22,117 nucleotides of DNA from an uncultured archaeon (GCA_964510585.1 CAZECW010000158.1:1-22117); one strand, 5' to 3'; shown: positions 1-8,702, counted from the first letter of the stretch. A program made the numbers and translations. Notes: generated by a model not told the origin, from the letters alone.

Positions 1-2
1 AC

Positions 3-239
3 CCAGAGAAATGTGTCGGTTGCGGAACCTGTGTTGACAGGTGTCCTGTGGGGGCAATAACTCTAGAGGAAACCGCAACTGTGAATAGAGATAAGTGCTT
101 GGGATGTGGATTATGCGCCACTGCTTGTCCTGAGGAAGCCATCACTCTAAAACTGAGGGAAGACCGTGAGGAGCCCTTCGACAGAGTATATGAGATGGGC
201 CTAGCAATTTTGGAGGCTAAAAAGAGAACTTCTAAATAA
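3..239 (+). CDS. 5'-truncated 4Fe-4S dicluster (bacterial ferredoxin-type) domain protein, C-terminal part
   Basis: Frame is open from base 3: PEKCVGCGTCVDRCPVGAI...RDKCLGCGLCATACPEEAI, i.e. two CxxCxxCxxxCP motifs; stop TAA at 237-239; the start lies outside the window. Confidence 0.85.
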   Translation, partial: PEKCVGCGTCVDRCPVGAITLEETATVNRDKCLGCGLCATACPEEAITLKLREDREEPFDRVYEMGLAILEAKKRTSK

Positions 240-511
240 CCATTCTTTAAGCGGCTACAGCTACACTTTCCACTTTGGGCTATGGACTTGATGCATTTGG
301 AAATTTTGGGGATGGTTTCGATTAGGCGGCTGGCCTCTTGAGGGTTTCGATTGTTTTACAAAAAGAGGCTCAAAGGACTCCTCTTGACAAAAGAATAAAA
401 AGTGTAACTGGAGAAACAGCGCACAACCCCGGGCCGCCAAACAAGCCGAAAAACTATTCACAAACAGGCTGCGCCAGAAATTTTTTACTTCCTTTTTTTT
501 CAAAATTTGGG

Positions 512-527
512 GAAAAAGGTAAATAGT
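512..527 (+). promoter_or_regulatory. Putative archaeal BRE/TATA promoter of the acyl-CoA dehydrogenase gene
   Basis: Purine run GAAAAAGG followed by TAAATAGT about 60 nt upstream of the TTG start; SD GAGGTGG just before 586. Confidence 0.35.
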
Positions 528-585
528 TATTTTCGATTCTGTTTTCAGGTTTTCATTTATTTGAATTGGTTAGAGGTGGTTCCTG

Positions 586-2142
586 TTGGAGAAGTATCCC
601 TGGTTTAATGAAAGGCAAAAAAGGCTTGTTGATGAGGTTAACGAATTTGTGGATGAAATAACTCCCAGAGCTTATGAGGCTGCCGTTAAACAGGAGCATC
701 CCCGGGATCTAATTAAGATGGTTGCGGAAAAGGGATGGTTTGGGGCCCTTGTACCAGAAGAGTATGGCGGTATGGGAAAGGAAGTTGGGGTAACAGGTTG
801 CCAGATTATTTGTGAGGGTTTGACTCGAGCCGGGACGATAGGCGGCATATATAGTGCGACTTCCTTCGGCGGTGTGGAGCAAATATGTATGTTTGGTACA
901 GAGGAACAGAAGCAGAGGTGGCTACCTAAAATTGCCAGAGGTGAGCTACTGGGAGCCATAACTCTCACAGAACCATTTGTGGGCACTGACGCTGCAGGTA
1001 TCAGAACCACAGCCAGACGCGATGGCGACTACTATATATTGAATGGGAAAAAAAGGTTTATTTCAAACTCGGGAGTGGCAGACATTTACATGGTGTACGC
1101 GAAAACCAGCGAAGACCCCAAAGATAGAGCATCCTACAAGCATTTATCAGCTTTCATAGTTGAGAAGGGTACTCCAGGCTTCACTGTTGAGAGAATAAAT
1201 GAATTGGCTGTGTTTAGAGGCATACGTAACGGAATTTTGGATTTCGACAACGCACGGGTCCCAGCATCCAACATGCTGCTGGGAGAAGGAAACGGCTGGG
1301 GAGTTATGACTGCGGGTTTAAACTTTGAGAGGCTAACGGTGGCAACCCAGATAATTGCGGGTATGAGGGAGGCCTTAAGATATGCGCTATACTTTGCAAC
1401 TAAGAGGGTGCAGTTCAACCAGCGCACCATAGATTTCGAATCCAACCAGTACAAACTGGCAGACATCATAATAAGGCTGAAAACCGCCAGACTCCTTACC
1501 TATTACGCCGCATGGATGATGGACCAAGGATTAAACCCGGTAGTTGAAGCCAACGCAGCCAAAATATACGCCACAGAAGCCTGCAGGGAAGCGGCTATAG
1601 ACGCACTCCAAATCATTGGAGGAGACGGCTTCACAAAGTTCTACCCAGTAGAACAGATACTGTTAGACGCCAAAATATTAGAAGTTGGTGCGGGTACCAA
1701 TGAAGTTCTCAGGAGGCTATTAACTGCCCAGGCTAGAAGAATTATGGCTGATGAGCTTAAAGCTCCCCGAAGGCGGATACACAAGGAATTGAGGATCCCG
1801 ATACCCTATTATAAGCCCTCACCAGAATTTGCTCCAAAAAAGGTTCCCAAAGATTTGCAGGGCATGGAGGAAGCTATTCTTGAGGCTCTAGCAGCAGACT
1901 ACTTTGTTAATCCCGGTCTCCACATGAAGAGGGAAGAGTTAATCGAGGACACAGGACTCGACGAAGAACAGCTTGACGAAGCCCTAGTATCGCTTGAGGA
2001 AAAGAAACTGGTTGATCTCTACAGAACAAGGCAGGGCGTAATAATACTTGCAAAAGCCACCTACGAAGGTCTCAAAAAAGCCAAACCCAAAGAGTACTAC
2101 CAGTGGTATCCACCCTGGAGCAAGGAGGACGAAAGATTCTAA
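586..2142 (+). CDS. Acyl-CoA dehydrogenase with a C-terminal winged-helix-like extension
   Basis: ACAD motifs ITLTEPFVGTDAA, YILNGKKRFISN, GLNFERL, RVQFNQ, QIIGGDGF, GAGTNEV; about 130 extra C-terminal residues; TTG start with GAGGTGG SD. Confidence 0.92.
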   Translation: MEKYPWFNERQKRLVDEVNEFVDEITPRAYEAAVKQEHPRDLIKMVAEKGWFGALVPEEYGGMGKEVGVTGCQIICEGLTRAGTIGGIYSATSFGGVEQICMFGTEEQKQRWLPKIARGELLGAITLTEPFVGTDAAGIRTTARRDGDYYILNGKKRFISNSGVADIYMVYAKTSEDPKDRASYKHLSAFIVEKGTPGFTVERINELAVFRGIRNGILDFDNARVPASNMLLGEGNGWGVMTAGLNFERLTVATQIIAGMREALRYALYFATKRVQFNQRTIDFESNQYKLADIIIRLKTARLLTYYAAWMMDQGLNPVVEANAAKIYATEACREAAIDALQIIGGDGFTKFYPVEQILLDAKILEVGAGTNEVLRRLLTAQARRIMADELKAPRRRIHKELRIPIPYYKPSPEFAPKKVPKDLQGMEEAILEALAADYFVNPGLHMKREELIEDTGLDEEQLDEALVSLEEKKLVDLYRTRQGVIILAKATYEGLKKAKPKEYYQWYPPWSKEDERF

Positions 2143-2150
2143 GACTACAC

Positions 2151-2170
2151 TTCTTATCCTTTTTATTGCC
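2151..2170 (+). terminator. Possible U-rich archaeal terminator between convergent genes
   Basis: TTCTTATCCTTTTTATTGCC directly after the ACAD stop, in a 32-nt gap between convergent ORFs. Confidence 0.3.
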
Positions 2171-2174
2171 TTTG

Positions 2175-3299
2175 TTAACCTGATTCTAGAGCGGCTTGGC
2201 AACCAGCAACCAGAGCTTTCAAAAAGTCTTCTGGACTAATTTCAGATGTTTCCCAGTTGGGTTTCTGGTAAGCTGCCTTTATCTTTTCCAGCATAGTTTT
2301 TTCATCTTTTGCTGAGACGCCCTTTAGGGATTCCTCCATCTCCCTTAGAACTGGTACGGGTTTAGCGTAAAAGTCACCACAGAAAAACATGTCCTTGATT
2401 ATTCCTTTGCTATCTAGTAGTACTCGGCTCTCTACCAGTTTGCGTGACTTGTATCTACCGATACCATATTTGTGGTCGGGTGGAATTTTTCCGAATCTTC
2501 TCTTGCTGGAAACGGCGAACATGTGTTCATCGGATTGAGCCTTTACTGCGAAGTCTTCGCACATTTCCCACTCTTCTTCAGTGTACTCACCGATTCTGAA
2601 TTTTACACCAAAAACTTTTCCAAAAGCCTTATAGGCGGCGCTTGCAAACTCATAGGGATCTGGTCTGTGTCCAGTTTCGGCCTCCACACCACCCTGATAC
2701 TCTCCAAAAGATTTTATCTTCTTATCTTTCCACTTCTCCTCTGGTATTCTAGCTATCTGTGGCAATAAATCGCTGCTAATATATCCAGGGAAGTTGGAAG
2801 AATTAATTAGATATAATCCTCCCACTTCCGTAACTCCTACGGCTCCCATTTTTCTACCTGAACGCTCAGCCCTCACATCATCCGGAGGATAATACTTGGC
2901 ATCTTTAACACCCAGAATCTTGTACATTTCTGTTAGTGCGGTTCCAGACTTGTAAAATGCTTCCTGCATACTTGAAAAAATAGTTTTATCAGCCAGTATT
3001 CCGATGCCCATGAACCCCTCTGGGTCTAAGAAAATTACTCCTCCGCCCATACCCTCAAGTCTCCTGCAGATTTCAATATTGTGCTTTTTTGCCAGTTCTA
3101 GGTCTATATCCGTGTCTATGTCTTGGAAGTAGCCTAGAGATATGCTGGGTTCCGGAAAGTACCATACTGAGATTCCATTTGGCACTTTGCCCTGCATTCT
3201 GAGGCTTATGGATGCTATACTCATACCTAAAATTCTGGTTGCGGTTCCCTTAGTGAAAAGGGTGAATTTCATTTCGTTGCTTTTCCAATCTTTAAGCAC
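2175..3299 (-). CDS. lplA: Lipoate-protein ligase A family protein (BPL/LplA catalytic domain plus C-terminal LplB-like domain), divergent
   Basis: RRLEGMGGGVIF (variant of RRxSGGGAV), GRKMG with the conserved Lys, C-terminal IIKDMFFCGDFY...LEESLKG domain; GTG start with GGAGGGAG SD. Confidence 0.8.
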   Translation of the reverse strand: MLKDWKSNEMKFTLFTKGTATRILGMSIASISLRMQGKVPNGISVWYFPEPSISLGYFQDIDTDIDLELAKKHNIEICRRLEGMGGGVIFLDPEGFMGIGILADKTIFSSMQEAFYKSGTALTEMYKILGVKDAKYYPPDDVRAERSGRKMGAVGVTEVGGLYLINSSNFPGYISSDLLPQIARIPEEKWKDKKIKSFGEYQGGVEAETGHRPDPYEFASAAYKAFGKVFGVKFRIGEYTEEEWEMCEDFAVKAQSDEHMFAVSSKRRFGKIPPDHKYGIGRYKSRKLVESRVLLDSKGIIKDMFFCGDFYAKPVPVLREMEESLKGVSAKDEKTMLEKIKAAYQKPNWETSEISPEDFLKALVAGCQAALESG

Positions 3300-3392
3300 T
3301 TTTCTCCCTCCAAATAGGAATAGATTACTTTTATTATATCGTTATAATATTAAAATTTATCTACGGAAAAAATTTTGAGATTTTGTTTCTCT

Positions 3393-4322
3393 CTAGTAGT
3401 TTATTGTAACATTAAGTCCGTAGGACTCTATTATGTTTTTTATCTCTTTGAGTTCTTCCTCACTTAATGGTTTGGTTCCAGTAAAGGGGTATTTTCTGCC
3501 TAGAAGCTTGTATTTGTGTCTTCCCCATTCGTGATAATTTAAAATTGATACTTTTTGGAATGGCCTTTTGGATAGAAATTTTGCTAGGGTCTCTATGTAT
3601 TGGCGGGAATTGTTGAAGTTGGGGATAATGGGAATTCTTGCCCAAACTGTTACTCCCTTTTTCAGAATTTTGTCTAAGTTCTTTAGAATCAGCTCATTAC
3701 CGACACCAGTGCCTTTCTGATGTATTTCTGAGTCTAGATGCTTTATGTCGAAAAGAACTAAGTCCGCATAATTGGAAACTTCATTTAACGCCTCCCACGC
3801 AGCGTGTCCGGAGGTGTCTAGGGCAGTGTGTAGTCTTCTATCCCTACACTCTCTTAGCAGGTTAAGGGTGAATTTCGCCTGGTAAAGTGGTTCGCCTCCG
3901 GATACTGTTATGCCTCCGCCAGAATTTCTGTAGAAAATTTCGTCCTCCATAACCTCTTCCACGATTTCTTCTAAGGTCATCTTTTTCCCTATTTGATTTA
4001 TTGCTCCTGTTGGGCAGGCTTCTTCACACTTCATGCATAAATTACACTTAGTCCTATCTATTTGGACACCATCTTCATTCATCTGAATGGCCTTTAGTGG
4101 ACAGGCCCCAATACACCTCTCACACTTATTGCATTTTTCCTCTCTGAAAAATATGTCGGGGAAGGGGTTTATTGATTCGGGATTGGCACACCATCCGCAT
4201 CTTAGGGGGCAACCTTTTAGAAATACTGTGGTTCTAATTCCCGGGCCGTCATGAATGCTATATTTCTGAATATTGAATACCATTCCCTCTCTGCCTGTAG
4301 GGTCATTCCTCCAATTATGCAT
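3393..4322 (-). CDS. Glycyl-radical enzyme activating enzyme (radical SAM) with a 2x[4Fe-4S] ferredoxin insert
   Basis: IQKYSIHDGPGIRTTVFLKGCPLRCGWCANPES (CxxxCxxC), two CxxCxxCxxxCP motifs, SGGGITVSGGEP, HTALDTSG; 21 nt downstream of the GRE. Confidence 0.95.
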   Translation of the reverse strand: MHNWRNDPTGREGMVFNIQKYSIHDGPGIRTTVFLKGCPLRCGWCANPESINPFPDIFFREEKCNKCERCIGACPLKAIQMNEDGVQIDRTKCNLCMKCEEACPTGAINQIGKKMTLEEIVEEVMEDEIFYRNSGGGITVSGGEPLYQAKFTLNLLRECRDRRLHTALDTSGHAAWEALNEVSNYADLVLFDIKHLDSEIHQKGTGVGNELILKNLDKILKKGVTVWARIPIIPNFNNSRQYIETLAKFLSKRPFQKVSILNYHEWGRHKYKLLGRKYPFTGTKPLSEEELKEIKNIIESYGLNVTINY

Positions 4323-4343
4323 ACCTTTTCACTGTGCTTGGTG

Positions 4344-6701
4344 TTAGAAGCAGTGGGGAGTCCGTGCAATGATTGAATCCTGTAAATCTTTGCTCAGATC
4401 CACGAAATAAGCTGAATATCCACATACTCTTACCATAAGGTTGGAGTGTTTTTCTGGGTGCCTTTGGGCCTCCTCCAAGGTTTCTCTCCCCACCACACTG
4501 AATTGGATATGATGGATTCCCAGATCTGCCCATGTTCTCAGGTACTGGGCAAAGACCTCTGCATTGTGTCCCTCCAAGTACTGGGGCATAAAGTTTTGGT
4601 TGAGTAGGTGATTCCAACTAATTAATGGATCAACTTTTGAAACTGACTTTAGAACAGCGGTCGGTCCCTTATGGTCCCTACCCCCCACCGGTGAGACACT
4701 TCCATCATGGAAAGTCTCTCCTGCTTTCCTCCCGTCTGGTGTGGCTTCGCATATTCTTCCCCAGAGCCAGAAGGCTGAAGCCACAGTCCCATCTGGAATC
4801 ACGGGCGTTCCAAGATTTGTTTTGCACTTCATGGTTTCTTGGGTCACCCTTTTCGCCACTTCTCTTGATATTGAGTCCACGTAATCGTCGTCGTTGCCAA
4901 ATTTTGGTGCCTCTAGACACATTTTTCGAATTTCCTCGTAACCTTCCCAGTTATTCTTCAGGGCTGCGATCAATTGTTTCATGGATATTTTTTTCTCTTC
5001 AAACACTAGTTTTTTGATGGCGGCTAGGGAGTCTGCTACATTGTTTAGTCCCAGTATAACTACGTCTCTGTAGTCTGGATTATAATTCCATTCTCGGATG
5101 TCCTGTGCCCTCTCTATCGAGTCGTCAAGCACTGCTGATAGAAATGGTCTGGGTACGTATTCTTTGTAGAGGCTGTCCGCAATGTTTGATAGGAAGACCA
5201 GTTTCCGAATTCTTGTTGCATATTTTTCTATGAAGGCGTCTATGAGCTCCTCGATTGAGTTAAATTCTTCTCCCCTCGATATCAATACTTCGTATAGGAG
5301 TTTGGGAAGAGGAACTGCGTTGGCCCACGCCGAGCGGTGGTTAAGGTTTTTTCCCGGGATGGTAGGAACCATACAATTATTTATGGAATAGTTCCTAGCG
5401 TCACTGAGGGGTACGCCAAGACTAACCAGTCGGGGTATGTTCACCTTGTCGTTGAAGAATGCGGGTTGAGGCATTCCTGTTGCCAATACCTCGATAGCTT
5501 TGTCTATTAGCTTCTTTGGAATTTTATCATGCCACCTTAAAGCTATTGGAGGAGTTACTGTTCTCACGCTTTTCATTGCGTCTAAAACTATGTAACTCAT
5601 CTCATTGGTGACATCATTTCCCTCAGAATCTGTTCCCCCGATGGTAATGGTTTGGAATCCTATAGCACCTCCTCCGGCGCCGGACCATACGGGTGGGTGG
5701 AGGAAACCGGTTTCTTGGGATTTCACGAATATGCATTCCACAAGTTCTTGGGCTTGTTCCCGAGTTATTCTTCCCTCTTTTAAATCCTTTTCGTAGTAGG
5801 GATTAAAGCATACATCGAATCTTATGCCGTCTCCCACCATGGGTAATTCGATGAAATTGACGATGAGGTGAATTAGCCAATAGCACTGAATAGCCTCATG
5901 TAGTGTGCGTGGAGGGTTCTCGGGCACCCACTCACAGTTTTTCGCTATGGTTTCAAGTTCCCTTCTTCTCGCCGGGTTTTCTTCACGCTCAGCCAGCTCT
6001 CTTGCCAGCTTCGCATATCTTTTAGCCCAATTTATTGCCGCCTCCAAAACAATGATTACACTATCCAAAAATCTGGTTTTCTTCACATATTCTTCACCGT
6101 TGATCTCTCCCTCTACCAACTCTTTGACAAGCCTCTCCTTTCTCTTTTGAGCTTCTTGAATGATTCCCCTTAACCCTATTTGGAATATTTTTTGATAATT
6201 TGGAGTAGCGCACTCCCAATTGAAAACATAAACTATTTCGTCGGCCACGCCTTTGGGAATCATTCTCTTAAATATGTGGTGTACCGCTAATTTGTCCCAG
6301 TACGAGTCTATTTCTTTAAGCTCCCTTCTTCCCTCATCGGTCAACATTTCACTATAAACATTTCCGGGCTCTGTTTCTCTTTCCACCCATTTCCAAGCAA
6401 ACTCCGGGTAGTGAACAACTGAATCCGGAGTGGATGCAAAGTTTCCCACCACCAACTCGTCCTGCCGAATATATATTGTCATTTTCTCCAAAATGTGTTT
6501 CAGTCCTTTAGCCCTCCTCAGAATCATGGGCTCCCCCTCGGTTTGCTTGTAAGACTCTGTTAGCAGTCTAGCCCTCTCTAAATCCAAGACCCATATCATA
6601 CCAGGTCTGCGGGCTCGAGCATCTTGGGCTATCTGAATATTAGAAACTTGGAGAGCTTTAATAGGAGTGCTCAACATTAATCTTTGGGTTCTTTCAGTCA
6701 T
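4344..6701 (-). CDS. Glycyl-radical enzyme, BssA/AssA (fumarate-adding)-like branch; substrate unknown
   Basis: Gly loop VRVCGYSAYF (Gly codon 4419-4421); Cys loop NYSINNCMVP (Cys codon 5373-5375); ATPDGRKAGE, KGPTAVLKSVSKV, LLNQ, TWADLGIHHIQF; start probably ATG 6701 (GGTGTGGAG upstream), alternative GTG 6716. Confidence 0.9.
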   Translation of the reverse strand: MTERTQRLMLSTPIKALQVSNIQIAQDARARRPGMIWVLDLERARLLTESYKQTEGEPMILRRAKGLKHILEKMTIYIRQDELVVGNFASTPDSVVHYPEFAWKWVERETEPGNVYSEMLTDEGRRELKEIDSYWDKLAVHHIFKRMIPKGVADEIVYVFNWECATPNYQKIFQIGLRGIIQEAQKRKERLVKELVEGEINGEEYVKKTRFLDSVIIVLEAAINWAKRYAKLARELAEREENPARRRELETIAKNCEWVPENPPRTLHEAIQCYWLIHLIVNFIELPMVGDGIRFDVCFNPYYEKDLKEGRITREQAQELVECIFVKSQETGFLHPPVWSGAGGGAIGFQTITIGGTDSEGNDVTNEMSYIVLDAMKSVRTVTPPIALRWHDKIPKKLIDKAIEVLATGMPQPAFFNDKVNIPRLVSLGVPLSDARNYSINNCMVPTIPGKNLNHRSAWANAVPLPKLLYEVLISRGEEFNSIEELIDAFIEKYATRIRKLVFLSNIADSLYKEYVPRPFLSAVLDDSIERAQDIREWNYNPDYRDVVILGLNNVADSLAAIKKLVFEEKKISMKQLIAALKNNWEGYEEIRKMCLEAPKFGNDDDYVDSISREVAKRVTQETMKCKTNLGTPVIPDGTVASAFWLWGRICEATPDGRKAGETFHDGSVSPVGGRDHKGPTAVLKSVSKVDPLISWNHLLNQNFMPQYLEGHNAEVFAQYLRTWADLGIHHIQFSVVGRETLEEAQRHPEKHSNLMVRVCGYSAYFVDLSKDLQDSIIARTPHCF

Positions 6702-6802
6702 AATACTTCTCCACACCTTCGTTCTATTATGTAGGAATTGGGCAATGAAAAAAATAAAAACTTATGCCCTAGAACTCTGAATTTAGAAAGCATAGCTTAT
6801 TT

Positions 6803-8653
6803 TTAGAGATACCTCTCTATTTCTCGAATTATGTAATTTGTGTACCAAAGTGCCTCTTCTAGTGTGTCTTGTACCTTGTTCTTTTCTTGGACTAGTTTTG
6901 TGGTTAGTAGCTTGTACCTTTCCGAGTCGGGACTCAAATTTGCATACTCCAGTAGTGGTAGTAGTACGGGTATGGGCTTATTTACATAGGTGGCTCCGTA
7001 GGGGTCTCTTTCGTATCTGCCGATGTAGGTGTAGTTTATGGGTATCAGTATTCTGCTGAGCTTCATAATGGTTTGGTTGATTTCTTTGAGCAGCTCTTTT
7101 CCCTCTTTTGAGGGCTGGCTTTGATACTTGTTCCAGAACTTTTGTATGGCTTCGTCCAGCTCTTTGGTTCTTTTTTCCAGTTCTTCAGCTGTTCTGATCA
7201 ATGGTTTCAAATCCATTCTTCCCCGGGCTTCCTCGTTTAATTTTATGAGCCTATTTTTAAGAACACCAGCAAGTGAGAAGAACTCGAAGGGAATTATGGG
7301 TGTATTCATGAGTCTCAAAAGAAATATGGAGTCCGCCTTCATAACCTTCTCCAACATTTTGGGATCCACTTTGTCGATGGTGTCTTCAATGCTTTGGTAC
7401 CACCATCCCAAAACCGCCATATGCTCCTTGGTAAGGGTTTCCACATCAAACATTGTTCGAGCATCAACCACAGGAACGCCAAGTCCAAAGAATGAACCAT
7501 TATCCGCCACCTTGCTTGGACGTAAACCAACATCAAAACCAATGCTCCTGGCAAACTCCCTTGTATCCATTATCTGCTTAACTTCATCCTTCCCCAAAGT
7601 GTCTTCAATTACCTTCATAAGGAATCTTTCAACTTCCTCGTGGTATAGCGGAAAGTATAGTTTGCTTCCAACCATTCCTGTAGAGTCACAGTTAAGGTAG
7701 GCTATACAGTTCTTGTTTAAGTCCGACCAGAAGTTATCTGTGTACCAGGTGGAGCCCTCCATAATGCCGGTTTCGTGGGCTGCCCAGAATCCAAATTTTA
7801 TGGAACGCTTTAGTCTGTCTCGGTATTTCTGGAAAATCCGAGCCATCTCCATCATGCAGACAATTCCTGTTCCATTATCCGTTACTCCCCCACCCCACGC
7901 ATCCATATGCCCACCCATCATAACAAACTTTTCAGGCTCCTCAGTACCCTTAATGGTTGCAATGGGCATAGGAATTTTTATCCACTCCCGTGTTGCTTCA
8001 ACCCTCAACCACACTCTCACCTTTCCTTTGCTCAAGAGTTCTTTTAGCCACTCTCCACTCTTGCGGCTGATAGCGAGGCCGGGAATGGTGGGCATCAATC
8101 CTATCGTGTCGGGTGTAGGGTTACCCCACACTGGCTTCATTGTTCCCATGGGCAGGACATCATGTTCCAGGGAGCCCCAGTTCATCTGGATTTGGGCTTT
8201 AACTCCGTGGTCTTGGGCTATCTTATACTTGTATGGTCGGGGTGGATCATAGGAGATTTCTGCTAAGGCTATTTTGCCCTCTGCGTCCACCTTTTCATAG
8301 TCTTTTTCTCCCCCAGCTCCCACATAAACCAGTTCTCCGCTTATGCCTGAGGCTGTTGTGGAGGCACTGTGTGCGTAGGCAACAGCATCTATAGATCGTG
8401 GCGGACCAGGAGATAAAACTTTTAACTCCGCATAGATGGGGAAACTTAGGAAGGCTTCAAACTCGTACATATCAACATGAACTCCGTAGCTTTCAAGGGT
8501 GCTTTTAATCCACTCCGCAGTTTTTCTATCCTCTGGACTTCCTGCTAAGCGCTGAGGCACCTCTTCCGCAAGCCACTTTAGGTTCTTCATAATTTCTTTA
8601 ACAGATATTTCATTCATTATTTCCTTCTCAAGCTTCGGGTCTAGCCCGTACAA
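6803..8653 (-). CDS. M28 peptidase-fold protein with PA domain and GCPII/TfR-like C-terminal helical domain; non-canonical active site
   Basis: RLAGSPED, ELVYVGAG (PA domain), GGHMDAW, TDNGTG, WAAHETG, YLNCD, WYQSIEDT; start reassigned to TTG 8653 behind GGAGG SD (the ORF track starts at 8734); no signal peptide evident. Confidence 0.85.
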   Translation of the reverse strand: MYGLDPKLEKEIMNEISVKEIMKNLKWLAEEVPQRLAGSPEDRKTAEWIKSTLESYGVHVDMYEFEAFLSFPIYAELKVLSPGPPRSIDAVAYAHSASTTASGISGELVYVGAGGEKDYEKVDAEGKIALAEISYDPPRPYKYKIAQDHGVKAQIQMNWGSLEHDVLPMGTMKPVWGNPTPDTIGLMPTIPGLAISRKSGEWLKELLSKGKVRVWLRVEATREWIKIPMPIATIKGTEEPEKFVMMGGHMDAWGGGVTDNGTGIVCMMEMARIFQKYRDRLKRSIKFGFWAAHETGIMEGSTWYTDNFWSDLNKNCIAYLNCDSTGMVGSKLYFPLYHEEVERFLMKVIEDTLGKDEVKQIMDTREFARSIGFDVGLRPSKVADNGSFFGLGVPVVDARTMFDVETLTKEHMAVLGWWYQSIEDTIDKVDPKMLEKVMKADSIFLLRLMNTPIIPFEFFSLAGVLKNRLIKLNEEARGRMDLKPLIRTAEELEKRTKELDEAIQKFWNKYQSQPSKEGKELLKEINQTIMKLSRILIPINYTYIGRYERDPYGATYVNKPIPVLLPLLEYANLSPDSERYKLLTTKLVQEKNKVQDTLEEALWYTNYIIREIERYL

Positions 8654-8702
8654 AAAATAACCTCCTTCCACTTTGAAATCGACATAATTGAAATTGAACC
8701 TT

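Noticed and set aside
4344-6716. Annotation of the GRE as pyruvate formate-lyase or a choline/diol eliminase
   Set aside because: No adjacent Cys-Cys pair (PFL) and no GCVE Glu (eliminases); the thiyl loop is NNCMVP
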